From IMG/VR virus record IMGVR_UViG_2061766007_004349: 61,909 bases of DNA. One strand, given 5' to 3'. How positions within the stretch are numbered: the stretch's first letter is position 1; each line of letters begins with the position of its first letter. The stretch comes from an uncultured virus (IMG/VR IMGVR_UViG_2061766007_004349) (lineage: Duplodnaviria; Heunggongvirae; Uroviricota; Caudoviricetes). Below the pieces are notes generated by a model, which worked only from the letters and a program-made list of their open reading frames with translations, ran no database searches and was not told where the DNA came from. The position numbers were made by a program, and so were the translations under genes. Below are positions 22,305 to 32,607 of the stretch, piece after piece.

Positions 22305-23181
22305 CCTGACAGAAAGCTGAAGCAGGAAGAACTGCTTCGCTTCGGCACCTGCAACTACATCCACGAGCATCACAACATCATTCTGCTGGGAGCGACCGGC
22401 AGCGGAAAGACCTATCTGGCCTGTGCGCTCGGTATGGCAGCAGCCAGGCAGTTCCTGCCGGTGAAATACGTTCGGCTTCCGGATCTGCTTGTTGATTTCA
22501 GCATCGCCCGGGGTAACGGCACGATCCGTAAACTCATGACGCAGTACAAGAAATATGCGCTGCTCATTATTGACGAATGGCTGCTGTATCCGCTGAAGGA
22601 AACCGAATGCCGCGACCTGCTGGAGATTATGGAATCCCGCTACAAGCGCGCTTCCACGATCCTGTGTTCGCAGTTCGACATCCCTGGCTGGCGGGATAAA
22701 CTGGTTGACCCGATCCTGGCGGACGCCATTTGCGACCGCATCGTGCATGATTCTTATACTGTCATTATCGCCGGCCAGGAATCCATGCGCAAGCGGAAAG
22801 GCCTCAATGAATAAAGGAGCCTTCGGCTCACCGGGCTCTGCCCGGACCCGAGATTTATNNNNNNNNNNAACGCGCTCAAGGATCAAATGTCAGATCCACA
22901 ATACAAGAGCATGGCTTTCGAGGACAGGCTTGGGCTTCTTGTGGACGCGGAATGGAATGCCAGAAAGAGCAACCGCTTGCGCAAGCTGATTCGGCAAGCA
23001 GCTTTCTCCGACTCTGGGGCATGTCTGGAAAATGTGGAGTATCTGCCTGACAGAAAGCTGAAACAGGAAGAACTGCTTCGTTTCGGTTCCTGCAACTACA
23101 TCCATGAGCACCACAACATCATTCTGCTGGGTGCTACCGGCAGCGGAAAGACCTATCTGGCCTGTGCGCTCGGTATGGCGG
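22305..23181 (+). mobile_element. istB: IS21 istB, two overlapping allelic fragments
   Basis: GATGSGKT, LIIDEW, ADAICDRIVH and ESMRK motifs. Confidence 0.85.
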
Positions 23182-23379
23182 NNNNNNNNNNATATGTGCC
23201 AAAACGTCAGTGGTGACGTAGACAGGTCTTTTCACAACCCTTAAAATTTGTGAGCGTTTACCATTGCCTCAGGCGAACCCGATCCGACTTCATTTCGTAA
23301 TTTTTCGGTGCAGAGTCTTGACGAGGCAATACGTGTATGATAAAATATGTTTGTATAAAACAGGTCGAAAGGAGGAGCC

Positions 23380-23537
23380 ATGGAAAACAATTATCGCGAG
23401 GCAATGAAACTCGCCAATCAGCTGTGCTTTCCTCTCTATGCTGCCGCACGGAATGTGACGAACCTGTACACACCCTGGCTGAAGCCTCTGGGACTGACCT
23501 ACACGCAGTACATCGTCTTTCTTGTCCTGTGGGAAAA
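23380..23537 (+). CDS. MarR/OhrR-like regulator, N-terminal fragment
   Basis: LANQLCFPLYAAAR...LGLTYTQY...LWE. Confidence 0.75.
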
Positions 23538-23926
23538 NNNNNNNNNNCTAGTATTTCTGGGATTTTCCGGGTCCGGATGCCCGATATATGAATCCGGCTT
23601 TGTATCAAAGTTGGAGTCTACATTTCCATGTAAACGCTGTCTTTGATACAATTCAATTATTCCTCCTGCCTGAAAGGGAGGGGGGTAAGTTTTGGAGAGA
23701 GGGGGGTAAGTTCTGAAAGAGGGGGGATGCGTTTATGCAAAAAGGCTTATAAACATACGAAAGCCCTCATCTCGATTAAAGATAAGGGTTGCGATGTGGA
23801 TCGAAAGCGAAATGGTATATCAAGAAAGGCTGACACTGAAAAAACTATTTCCTGCGCTGCATTCGTTTATCTGAAAAAAGCATTCACTCAATCAATCGAT
23901 AGTCGGCGCGGACCAAATCCTACGCA

Positions 23927-24688
23927 TCATCCTTCTTGATCCGGTTTCTTCGCTACATTCTTGTTATCTACTTTCAGAGATTCCTGCAATCTGTCGATTT
24001 CCCGCTGCTTCGCTTTGCTGCTTCCCGATTCGATTTTCACCTTGTCCCATTCCATTTTGCAAATCGATGTCAGCACTTCCCGAATACGCGGACAATTTTC
24101 CTTCACCAGGCGGAAATCCAGCCTGACCCTGTCCGGCTCCTCAGGCAGGAAATCCCTGTTGGCCTCCCCTTGAGGCCCCAGTTTTGGATCCAGCGGGTTC
24201 AGCAGGGTGATCAGTTCGTTATCCGTGGTGTAAATGTCCCAGGGGCTCAAATGCAGCAGCAGGCCGCTACGCGCCTTATAGAAAGCCAGCAGCTTTTCCC
24301 GGTCCTTCACGATGGAATCCTCGTCGAAAAGCTCGCAGATAGCGCACAGTTCCATGCACAGCGCGCGCACTTCCTTGACCCACGCCATCCTCTCTCGGGA
24401 AACGATATTGGAAAACAGCTGTTTTTTCTCCCGCCTGTTGGTCAGCAGCGCGATGAGGACGCTGACGACGCCCGCGATCACGGCGGCGGTNNNNNNNNNN
24501 TCTGATCCGGTTTCTTCGCTACATTCTTGTTATCTACTTTCAGAGATTCCTGNNNNNNNNNNGGCCCCCGGCGCGGCGGTGGCAGCGATCCCCGGTGTGA
24601 CGGCGGCAATCATTTCCGGGATGGCATCGGCGGCCTGGGGAATCTCCGTGACGGCGGCTTCCGCCAGCGCGGCAGCGAAATGGAACAT
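23927..24688 (-). CDS. Hypothetical single-TM protein (fragments across gaps)
   Basis: TM segment then IVSRERMAWVKEVR...EWDKVK; likely N-terminus at 24563-24688 with GAGGAGG RBS. Confidence 0.5.
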
Positions 24689-25424
24689 TTTCGTGTCCTC
24701 CTCAAAAATGAAGCTTTTAGCGGGTAATGAGTACGTACTCATTCCTTGAATCATGTTGTACGTAATACTCTTTGTTGATTCTTTTTAACGCGGTATTGAT
24801 CGTTTTCAATATNNNNNNNNNNNNNNNNNNNNNNNNNNNNNNNNNNNNNNNNNNNNNNNNNNNNNNNNNNNNNNNNNNNNNNNNNNNNNNNNNNNNNNNN
24901 NNNNNNNNNNNNNNNNNNNNNNNNNNNNNNNNNNNNNNNNNNNNNNNNNNNNNNNNNNNNNNNNNNNNNNNNNNNNNNNNNNNNNNNNNNNNNNNNNNNN
25001 NNNNNNNNNNNNNNNNNNNNNNNNNNNNNNNNNNNNNNNNNNNNNNNNNNNNNNNNNNNNNNNNNNNNNNNNNNNNNNNNNNNNNNNNNNNNNNNNNNNN
25101 NNNNNNNNNNNNNNNNNNNNNNNNNNNNNNNNNNNNNNNNNNNNNNNNNNNNNNNNNNNNNNNNNNNNNNNNNNNNNNNNNNNNNNNNNNNNNNNNNNNN
25201 NNNNNNNNNNNNNNNNNNNNNNNNNNNNNNNNNNNNNNNNNNNNNNNNNNNNNNNNNNNNNNNNNNNNNNNNNNNNNNNNNNNNNNNNNNNNNNNNNNNN
25301 NNNNNNNNNNNNNNNNNNNNNNNNNNNNNNNNNNNNNNNNNNNNNNNNNNNNNNNNNNNNNNNNNNNNNNNNNNNNNNNNNNNNNNNNNNNNNNNNNNNN
25401 NNNNNNNNNNNNNNNNNNNNNNNN

Positions 25425-26376
25425 CAAGCTGGCTATCAACTCCGTTGGCACCGGGCAGCTTCAAAGCGGTTCCGTCAGTTCCGCGCAGATTCAAATGGCG
25501 GCGATTGAAACGACCCACATCCAGGACGCGGCGATCACCCGCGCCAAGGTGGGAGAAGCAGCCATCGGTGAAGCGCAGATCGCGGACGCAGCAATCGGCA
25601 CGGCGAAGATTCAAGATGCGGCAGTGGGCAGGGCCAAGATCGCGGACGGCGCTATTGGCACCGCGCAGATTGGGGACGCAGCTATCACCCGCGCCAAGAT
25701 CGGCGACGCGGCTATCGGAACCGCCCAGATCGAGGACGGCGTCATTACCTCCGCGAAAATCGGTACCGGCGAAATCCAGGAAGCCAATATCCATGACGCA
25801 GCGATTACCAGCGCCAAGATCGGCGTAAGCCAAATCAAACAGGCGAACATCGAGGACGGCGCTATCGGCACAGCCAAAATCGCTGACGCTGCCATCACCA
25901 ACGCGAAGATCGGCAGCGCGGCGGTCGGNNNNNNNNNNNNNNNNNNNNNNNNNNNNNNNNNNNNNAAAATCCTCGACGGTGAAATCATCACCGCGAAAAT
26001 TGCTGATTTGGCTGTAACCGGGGCGAAGATCGCAGACCTCGCCGTGACCACCGCGAAGATTGCGCAGGCGGCAATTACCAACGCCCAGATTGCCAACGCC
26101 GCCGTCGATACGGCCCAGATTGCCCTCGGCGCAATCACCGCCGCCCTGATCGCCAACGGCGCGGTAGGAACCGCCCAGATCGCCGACGCCAGTATCACGG
26201 ACGCGAAAGTGGTATCCCTGAACGCGGACGTCATCACCTCCGGTACCCTGGCGACAGAACGCCTGATCATCCGAGGGGACGACGGCCTGATCTATGAGAT
26301 CAACGCTCAGGCTTCCGGTCTCTCCGTTCAGGAATTGAAGCAGGAAAAGTATCGGCAGCAGCTGAGTGGCACAGTG
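25425..26376 (+). CDS. Phage tail/fibre protein fragment with decapeptide repeats
   Basis: More than 20 A(K/Q)IxDAAIxT repeats; [11 protein letters not shown]. Confidence 0.7.
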
Positions 26377-26494
26377 NNNNNNNNNNAGGGGTGTGCTGTG
26401 TGGAGAAAAGCCTTGCAGAACCTTACTTTTTGGGCTTCCGTTATCTTCCACGAAAAGGATGCTGATTTCCGGTGTTTTCCGAGGTTCTCAAAAA

Positions 26495-26551
26495 ACTCGA
26501 AATCAGGTGACGGGCAACCGTCCGTGGGTTCGAATCCCACCCGCTCCGCCA
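26495..26551 (+). tRNA. 3' half of tRNA-Ser(CGA): att remnant, not a full gene
   Basis: CTCGAAA loop, long variable arm GACGGGCAACCGTC, GGTTCGAATC and CCA; upstream lacks D-arm and acceptor 5' strand. Confidence 0.8.
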
Positions 26552-26692
26552 AATAAGGACGCTGATTTTGATACAAAGTCAGCGTTCTTTCTTTTGCCCG
26601 AAAGTGCCCGTAAATAAAGGGTTTCCGGTCATCAGGCGCTTCCAGACGGAAGTCCCGGTGGCCGATTTTTTTGTCTTTCTCCGGTTGCAAAC

Positions 26693-26772
26693 CGTGTACT
26701 CTTACACGATTACTTCGGCTTCCGTGTAAATTTACACGATTGGAGTCAGGAAACGTGTATCTTTACACGATT
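26693..26772. repeat. Three palindromes CGTGTA-N4-TACACG(ATT), about 30-bp period
   Basis: Starts at 26693, 26723, 26754; further copy at 29552. Confidence 0.85.
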
Positions 26773-26872
26773 GACGGGGTGCCGTGTGAATGCTAAAATG
26801 TACTTGAGCCACATTCGCTAAAATGCCAGCGANNNNNNNNNNACAATATCATGATACTATCCGTTTTTTCCA

Positions 26873-26991
26873 CTGTCAATATTCAACTTGCGCGGAAACC
26901 TTGCTCAATTCGCCCGGAACCACTGCTCAATTTCAGCGGAATCGTTGCTCAATCTCGCCGGTTTGGCTGCGCAATTTGAACGGCATATGCA
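26873..26991 (+). mobile_element. IS21-family terminal repeat region
   Basis: Repeated TGCTCAAT...CGG units of about 22-23 bp ending in TATGCA. Confidence 0.6.
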
Positions 26992-27039
26992 ATCCCGGAA
27001 AGTACCATTTCAAAGTCGATTTTTGAAGAGCCGTAAGTC

Positions 27040-27130
27040 GGTTAGAGCAAGTATCGACCTGTGGCCCAAATTTTGCGGTTTCGCAAAATTGGCCCTTTTC
27101 GGTCCGATCCTTGTTGGGGAGTGCCTTCCC
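27040..27130 (+). other. Putative oriT
   Basis: Inverted repeat AATTTTGCG/CGCAAAATT upstream of mobC-relaxase. Confidence 0.4.
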
Positions 27131-27206
27131 CAAACCCTGCCTTCATCTCGCGGATGGTGCATCCGCCGCGATGGACGAGGCGAAAACGATAAGGACGAAG
27201 AATGCC

Positions 27207-27614
27207 ATGAAGAAGAATGAGGACACCGGAGAGAAGCAGTATCGCACACATACCGTGAAGGTGCGCATGACAGACGATGAATATCAGGCGTTCTTGCGGC
27301 GGTGCGACGTGTATCACGTCACCCAATCCAAGATGCTCCGCACGGCGCTCAGCGATTCCATGGGTGATCTCGTGATCCGATACAGCCCCGTCAATGAACA
27401 GACGCTTTCCCTTCTCAATGATCTCATAACGGAGGGCAAACGCATCGGGAACAACATCAATCAGATCACCCGCATCGCAAACGTCAGCGGCTGCATAGAC
27501 GACGATCTGCAAAAACGGCTGCGCCAAGCATTGAGCGAACTCACAGAATGGAAGTATGAGATTTTGAAGAAAGCGGGGACGGCGCTTGGCAACACTGAAA
27601 CATATCGCATCTAA
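27207..27614 (+). CDS. mobC: MobC relaxosome protein
   Basis: RHH start VKVRMTDDEY; KRIGNNINQITR. Confidence 0.85.
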   Translation: MKKNEDTGEKQYRTHTVKVRMTDDEYQAFLRRCDVYHVTQSKMLRTALSDSMGDLVIRYSPVNEQTLSLLNDLITEGKRIGNNINQITRIANVSGCIDDDLQKRLRQALSELTEWKYEILKKAGTALGNTETYRI

Positions 27615-29250
27615 GAACGCCGATTACGGAGCCGCCGAACGCTATCTTACCTTTGAGCATGACGAGTTCACCGGAAAGGAAGTGCGGGATGCGGACGGCC
27701 ACCTGAGCCCAAGAACGGAGTATCGGATGGACACCGTTTTGTGCGGCGAGGAAGATTTCGCCATCGCCTGTATGAAAGCCAACCTCCGCTTTCGGAAGAA
27801 CGATCATAAGGGCGACGTGAAAAGCCATCACTACATTCTCAGCTTTGATCCCAGGGACGCAACCGACAACGGGCTGACTGTGGATCAGGCGCAAGCCCTC
27901 GGCTTGCAATTTTGCAGGGATCACTTTCCGGGCCATCAGGCCATTGTGGTCACGCACCCAGACGGACACAATCACAGCGGCAATATTCACACCCATATTG
28001 TCATCAACAGTCTGCGGATCGAGGACGTACCCCGGATGCCATACATGGATCGGGCCTGCGATACCAAAGCCGGAATGAAGCATCGAGTGACAGCTCCGTT
28101 TTTCCGATACCTGCGTAGTGAAGTCATGGAGCTGTGCCGGCGAGAGGGACTGTATCAGATCGATCTTCTCAGCGGAAGCAAAAATCGGATCACGGAAAAA
28201 GAGCATTGGGTGCAGCGCCGGGCGGAACAGAAAGCGGAAACGACGGATGCAGCGTCGTCGCAACCGAAAACGAAGTTTGAAACGGATAAGGAGAAATTGC
28301 GAAATACCATCCGTGTGATACTGGCAGATGCGCAAAGCATGGACGATTTTAATCAGCGGCTTTTGCAAATGGGCGTCACCGTGAAGGAGAGCAGAGGCAG
28401 GTTCAGTTATCTCACTGCAGACCGCACCAAGCCCATTACCTCCCGGAAGCTGGGCGACGATTTCTCCAAAGAAGCGATCCTGGCCCGGATCAAAGCCAAT
28501 GTGGAAAGTAAACGAGAATCGCCGACAACGCAATCGCCTATCAAGGAGCAGCCGTCTATTTCTCCCTTCCCGCATCAAAGCAAGCCAGCATCTCCAAAAT
28601 CGCGCAAGCCGCAAACGATCCAACAGCGAATTGCCGCCGATCAGAAAATCAGCCGCATGATCGATCTGGAGAAGAAGCGGGAAGAAGGAAAAGGAGAAGG
28701 CTATATCAACTGGGGCAAATCCTTCAATCTCAAGCAGCAGGCAAAAACGCTGTCCTATTTCAATAAACACGGTTTTTCATCCCCGGAAGCGCTGGAGGCA
28801 GCTTATCAGGCAGCGGCAGGTCTGCGGCTTGACCTCTCCCATCGGCTGAACGCGCTGGATCAGCAAATCCGGGAAAAGAAGGATTTGCAAAACCACCTGC
28901 AATCTTACCGGAAAGGGAAAGAGATTTACACGGAATATCAGTCCATCCGCAGTGAGAAAAAGCGAAACGCTTATTATGAGCAGCATCGCACCAGTATCGT
29001 GCTGACAGAAGCGGCCATCGCATTTTTCAAAAAACAGAACATGACCAAGTTGCCTTCCGACAAAAAGGTGCAGGATGAGATCGAAGCGTTGATCCAGGAG
29101 AAGAATACGCTATATCAGGAATATCGTGCGGCAAAAGAGAAAGAACAGGAGTTGCGCACAGTGACGCTCAATATGCAGCAGATGCTGAGACATACGCAGG
29201 CGCATCCCGCACGAAAGCAACCCGGTAAAAACAATCCCACTTATCAATGA
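27586..29250 (+). CDS. MOBP-type relaxase
   Basis: KHIASKNADY, HYILSF and H..GH...NIHTHIVIN motifs. Confidence 0.9.
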   Translation: MATLKHIASKNADYGAAERYLTFEHDEFTGKEVRDADGHLSPRTEYRMDTVLCGEEDFAIACMKANLRFRKNDHKGDVKSHHYILSFDPRDATDNGLTVDQAQALGLQFCRDHFPGHQAIVVTHPDGHNHSGNIHTHIVINSLRIEDVPRMPYMDRACDTKAGMKHRVTAPFFRYLRSEVMELCRREGLYQIDLLSGSKNRITEKEHWVQRRAEQKAETTDAASSQPKTKFETDKEKLRNTIRVILADAQSMDDFNQRLLQMGVTVKESRGRFSYLTADRTKPITSRKLGDDFSKEAILARIKANVESKRESPTTQSPIKEQPSISPFPHQSKPASPKSRKPQTIQQRIAADQKISRMIDLEKKREEGKGEGYINWGKSFNLKQQAKTLSYFNKHGFSSPEALEAAYQAAAGLRLDLSHRLNALDQQIREKKDLQNHLQSYRKGKEIYTEYQSIRSEKKRNAYYEQHRTSIVLTEAAIAFFKKQNMTKLPSDKKVQDEIEALIQEKNTLYQEYRAAKEKEQELRTVTLNMQQMLRHTQAHPARKQPGKNNPTYQ

Positions 29251-29267
29251 GAATGGAAGTGATCCTT

Positions 29268-29531
29268 ATGAACAATGAAACCCAAGGGACGTCCAACCAT
29301 CAGAAAGCCTTTTCCGATGATGGGCATATCAAAGTTAAGAACCTTTCCGCCTATTGGATTCCCAAGATCACGCTGAAACGCAGAATCCACGGCACGACCT
29401 ATATCGTCACCGGCAGTTATGAAGGAACAGCGTGCTTCACACGAAAGCTGGAGCGGATCATGGAGAAAAAAGAAATATGTGATCCCGGAGAAAATGCGGA
29501 GGAAAACCATGACAGAGCAGCCGAGATATGA
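29268..29531 (+). CDS. TnpW-like small protein
   Basis: RRIHGTTYIVTGSY...KLERIM; follows relaxase. Confidence 0.55.
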   Translation: MNNETQGTSNHQKAFSDDGHIKVKNLSAYWIPKITLKRRIHGTTYIVTGSYEGTACFTRKLERIMEKKEICDPGENAEENHDRAAEI

Positions 29532-29589
29532 TATAATNNNNNNNNNNGTGCCGTGTAAAAATACACGATTTGTTTTCAGAAAAGAAGCT

Positions 29590-32508
29590 TTATACCTCAT
29601 CCAGGCTAAACCTGTGCCGATCTATTCCGTTGCACCGGATAAACAACCCATATTTCCCTACACAAGGCTCTAAAGACGTATGATCACGTGGACATCTCCT
29701 ACCATCTGGGTTTTTAAAGTAAAAATATGACATCACCATGTCTTCCGTCACAAACTCCGTATGGTTACACCTTGGATAGCCGGTACACCCAAGAAAGAAC
29801 TTCCCGGTCTTTCCCTTTTTCAAACGGAGGGGGCTTTGGCATTCAGGGCATTTCAGCTCGCCACTTGCATAAGCGCTGAAGGTATCATACCCACCTTCCG
29901 CATTTTTTGCAGATTCGACGGTCGTTTGATCAACCGTTTTATTCATTTCGAGGAAACCATAAAGCGACTGAGCAAAATGACGGCCTTCATAACGAATGAT
30001 TGGTCTAAATCGAGTTGGAATGGTCACCCCTTCTGAGATAAAGTCCGCGCCGGAATGTGGCATACCAAACCAAACAATACGTTTATCGATCAGCGTGATG
30101 GGATTGGCAAAGTATTTGTTTTCTATAGCCAAGGCGCGAAGTTCAAGAGGAAGGCAGGCTTTTGCCTCAGCACGGACGATGACTTTTTTGCCCTTCTGCT
30201 TGAGTAGATTCAGTATTCTCACTAAATCCTGAAGGAAAGAAGTCTTTACAACCGTTGTACCAGGGATATCAATGCGGACTTCGCTCTTTGTCTGGGCAAC
30301 TTCTTCAAGAAAACGCTTATCAAATACCTGCCCCATCCCCATCTGCATGATCGGAGTGTTACAATCAGATACTATCACAGGGCCGCTGGATGTGGCATGG
30401 AACGCCGTTTCCTCAATCATCTGGCGGAACATCAGACTCTGTGACAAATTCTTTGTCCGCATATAATCTGCGTTGACGACGGTAAGCATCTTGCCACGTG
30501 CTCTTGTCAGCGCTACATTATAAAGCCGGTTTGCATAGTTGTTGGTTGTTGATGTCAACAGCATTCCAGGGTACGGCATACGATAGCAATCGACAGCGTC
30601 ATAAATGATGACGTCCCTTTCCGAACCCTGGAACTGATGCACTGTGGCGCAAACGATTTTATGATACTCCGGATTGCTTTCTGCCACGTCCCTTGAAATT
30701 GCGTGCAGTAGTCGGGATTGAGCACTGTACGGGGAAATGACCCCTACATCGCTTGTCTGTGCCGCTTTGATAGCTATACCCATGGAGACCAGTGCTGAAA
30801 GCACATTGATGCGTGATTGATCTCCGGTTTTCAGGCAAACAGACATCATTCCGCTGAGATCGTACATCCCTATGGCCTTGCCCTGCATCGGAGCACGGAC
30901 AGTTATTCTTTGTCTGTCTTCTTTGATACCTGGTGCTGTTTTTAACAGGCCACGATACATGTTCTTACTCGAGAAGGCTGCAATGTCCGGATGCATCCGA
31001 TACTGTGTGTCCAGCATACAGAGCCATTGATGCGCGTATCCGGCCTGGACAGCGTCAGCGATGCCACAGAATTGGAAAACGTCTGCATTCAGTGCGCTGC
31101 TGTCACTACCTTGTACGATGGGCGGCAATTGCGCAAAATCACCCATACAAATGAAATGTTGCCCAGCAAGACCGGCAGAGAACACAATCTGCGGGATATA
31201 GGCCATGCTGGCTTCATCGAAGATAACAGTATCATACTTCTCTTCGTACAGTGTACTGTCCGCAATTGCCTTAGATACAGTAGTAGCGATAAAACGAGCC
31301 TCTGTAACAGCTTTCCGTTCTTCTGATTGTAACTGCTTCCGAATCTGTGTCAGGCGAGTACCTGCTTCCACAAAACGAGAAGAAGCATGCGGCAATTGTT
31401 TTCTCTCCTCGATAAGCTTGGCTCTTTCCTGAACAAGTTCTGGATGATTGGCAAGTGCAAGATTGTATGATGTCAGATATTCATGGCACAGGAGCTCTTT
31501 ATCTTTTGGGTAACCATATCGCACCATGATTCCTGGTGCCTTTTCCTTTGCCTTTTTAAAGACGCGAGTAATGGCCCCATCTACGGATACGTTGCTATAG
31601 GAAAGCATCAGTACGCGGTGCCCCTTTGCCATATGCTGAAGAGCAATCTTTGCAAGTGTTTCTGTTTTGCCGGTACCGGGAGGCCCCCAGATAAATGAGA
31701 TCGGCTGTGAAAGGGACAGCCGCATAGCGTTTTCCTGTCCGGTCAGAATATCCTTATTGAACTGTACAAGACGCCTGCCATCAAGAATCAGCGATCTCGC
31801 AATCGGTGAATCTGCTGCCCGGAGTGACTTCAATCGCTCAATCAGGAAATGGAGCAGTTTCCACGGCTCCGCAGTAAACTCAATCATCGGTACTTTTTCA
31901 CCGAGATTTTTGGTTGTTGCGATAATCAGCGTGAATTCCTCACAGTTTATGATCGTGGCAGCGATCTCTGTCTCGTTCTGCCAGAGAGAAATCTGGGTAT
32001 TATCGGGAATATTGAGTTCAGAATCGGATTCAAAGGCATAGATATAAATCCCATTTTTGTACTCGACACGTTCACCGTCCACGATCTTCTGCTTTTTGCC
32101 GCCGCTCTGCCGGAGGTACACAATTTCAGATATAAGTAGGCGTTCCTGGTCATCAAAAAACTCATCCAGCGAGTTGTAGCGCGGTACGGTTACTCTTTTC
32201 TCTGGATTTCCTTTGGCTTGCTTGATTTGAGCCTGACGCTCGAAAATCTTTAGACGCTGATCAAACTCTTTTTTTGCCTTTTCAGCGGCTGTCTGTGCTT
32301 CATATGCATGCGCTTCCTCTGTAGCATGTTTCGCTGCATCAGCATCCAGAAGTTGGAGAAAGGTGGTAAAACAAACCGGCACAACAAAGCTCTTTGTTTC
32401 AGCAAGTGAATCAAACTGCACAGTGATATGATTGTCCTGATCCTGTGCGACGATCACGCCTTCACCAAACTTTGTTTTATGGTAGACTCTCTTGCCAATA
32501 TAATTCAC
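29590..32508 (-). CDS. SF1 (DNA2/Upf1-like) helicase with degenerate PLD-like domain and topoisomerase-type C4 zinc ribbons
   Basis: GPPGTGKT, FDEAS, GDFAQLPP, QYRMHP, TVHQFQGSE and NVALTRA motifs; CPEC...FLGCTGYPRC; CPRD...RC. Confidence 0.85.
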   Translation of the reverse strand: MNYIGKRVYHKTKFGEGVIVAQDQDNHITVQFDSLAETKSFVVPVCFTTFLQLLDADAAKHATEEAHAYEAQTAAEKAKKEFDQRLKIFERQAQIKQAKGNPEKRVTVPRYNSLDEFFDDQERLLISEIVYLRQSGGKKQKIVDGERVEYKNGIYIYAFESDSELNIPDNTQISLWQNETEIAATIINCEEFTLIIATTKNLGEKVPMIEFTAEPWKLLHFLIERLKSLRAADSPIARSLILDGRRLVQFNKDILTGQENAMRLSLSQPISFIWGPPGTGKTETLAKIALQHMAKGHRVLMLSYSNVSVDGAITRVFKKAKEKAPGIMVRYGYPKDKELLCHEYLTSYNLALANHPELVQERAKLIEERKQLPHASSRFVEAGTRLTQIRKQLQSEERKAVTEARFIATTVSKAIADSTLYEEKYDTVIFDEASMAYIPQIVFSAGLAGQHFICMGDFAQLPPIVQGSDSSALNADVFQFCGIADAVQAGYAHQWLCMLDTQYRMHPDIAAFSSKNMYRGLLKTAPGIKEDRQRITVRAPMQGKAIGMYDLSGMMSVCLKTGDQSRINVLSALVSMGIAIKAAQTSDVGVISPYSAQSRLLHAISRDVAESNPEYHKIVCATVHQFQGSERDVIIYDAVDCYRMPYPGMLLTSTTNNYANRLYNVALTRARGKMLTVVNADYMRTKNLSQSLMFRQMIEETAFHATSSGPVIVSDCNTPIMQMGMGQVFDKRFLEEVAQTKSEVRIDIPGTTVVKTSFLQDLVRILNLLKQKGKKVIVRAEAKACLPLELRALAIENKYFANPITLIDKRIVWFGMPHSGADFISEGVTIPTRFRPIIRYEGRHFAQSLYGFLEMNKTVDQTTVESAKNAEGGYDTFSAYASGELKCPECQSPLRLKKGKTGKFFLGCTGYPRCNHTEFVTEDMVMSYFYFKNPDGRRCPRDHTSLEPCVGKYGLFIRCNGIDRHRFSLDEV

Positions 32509-32607
32509 ATGGTTTCACCTTTCTTGAAAGCTATGAGGATAGGGCCGAGAAACGTGTATCTTTGCAACACGATGGGTCGGATTATAAATCTACACGATAG
32601 CAGTGGA

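Noticed and set aside
26495..26551. Functional tRNA-Ser gene
   Set aside because: The 5' half is absent in contiguous sequence.
26693..26790. CRISPR array
   Set aside because: Repeats ~19 bp with variable centres, spacers 11-12 bp, no cas operon; DUF2800 is a phage Cas4-like exonuclease.
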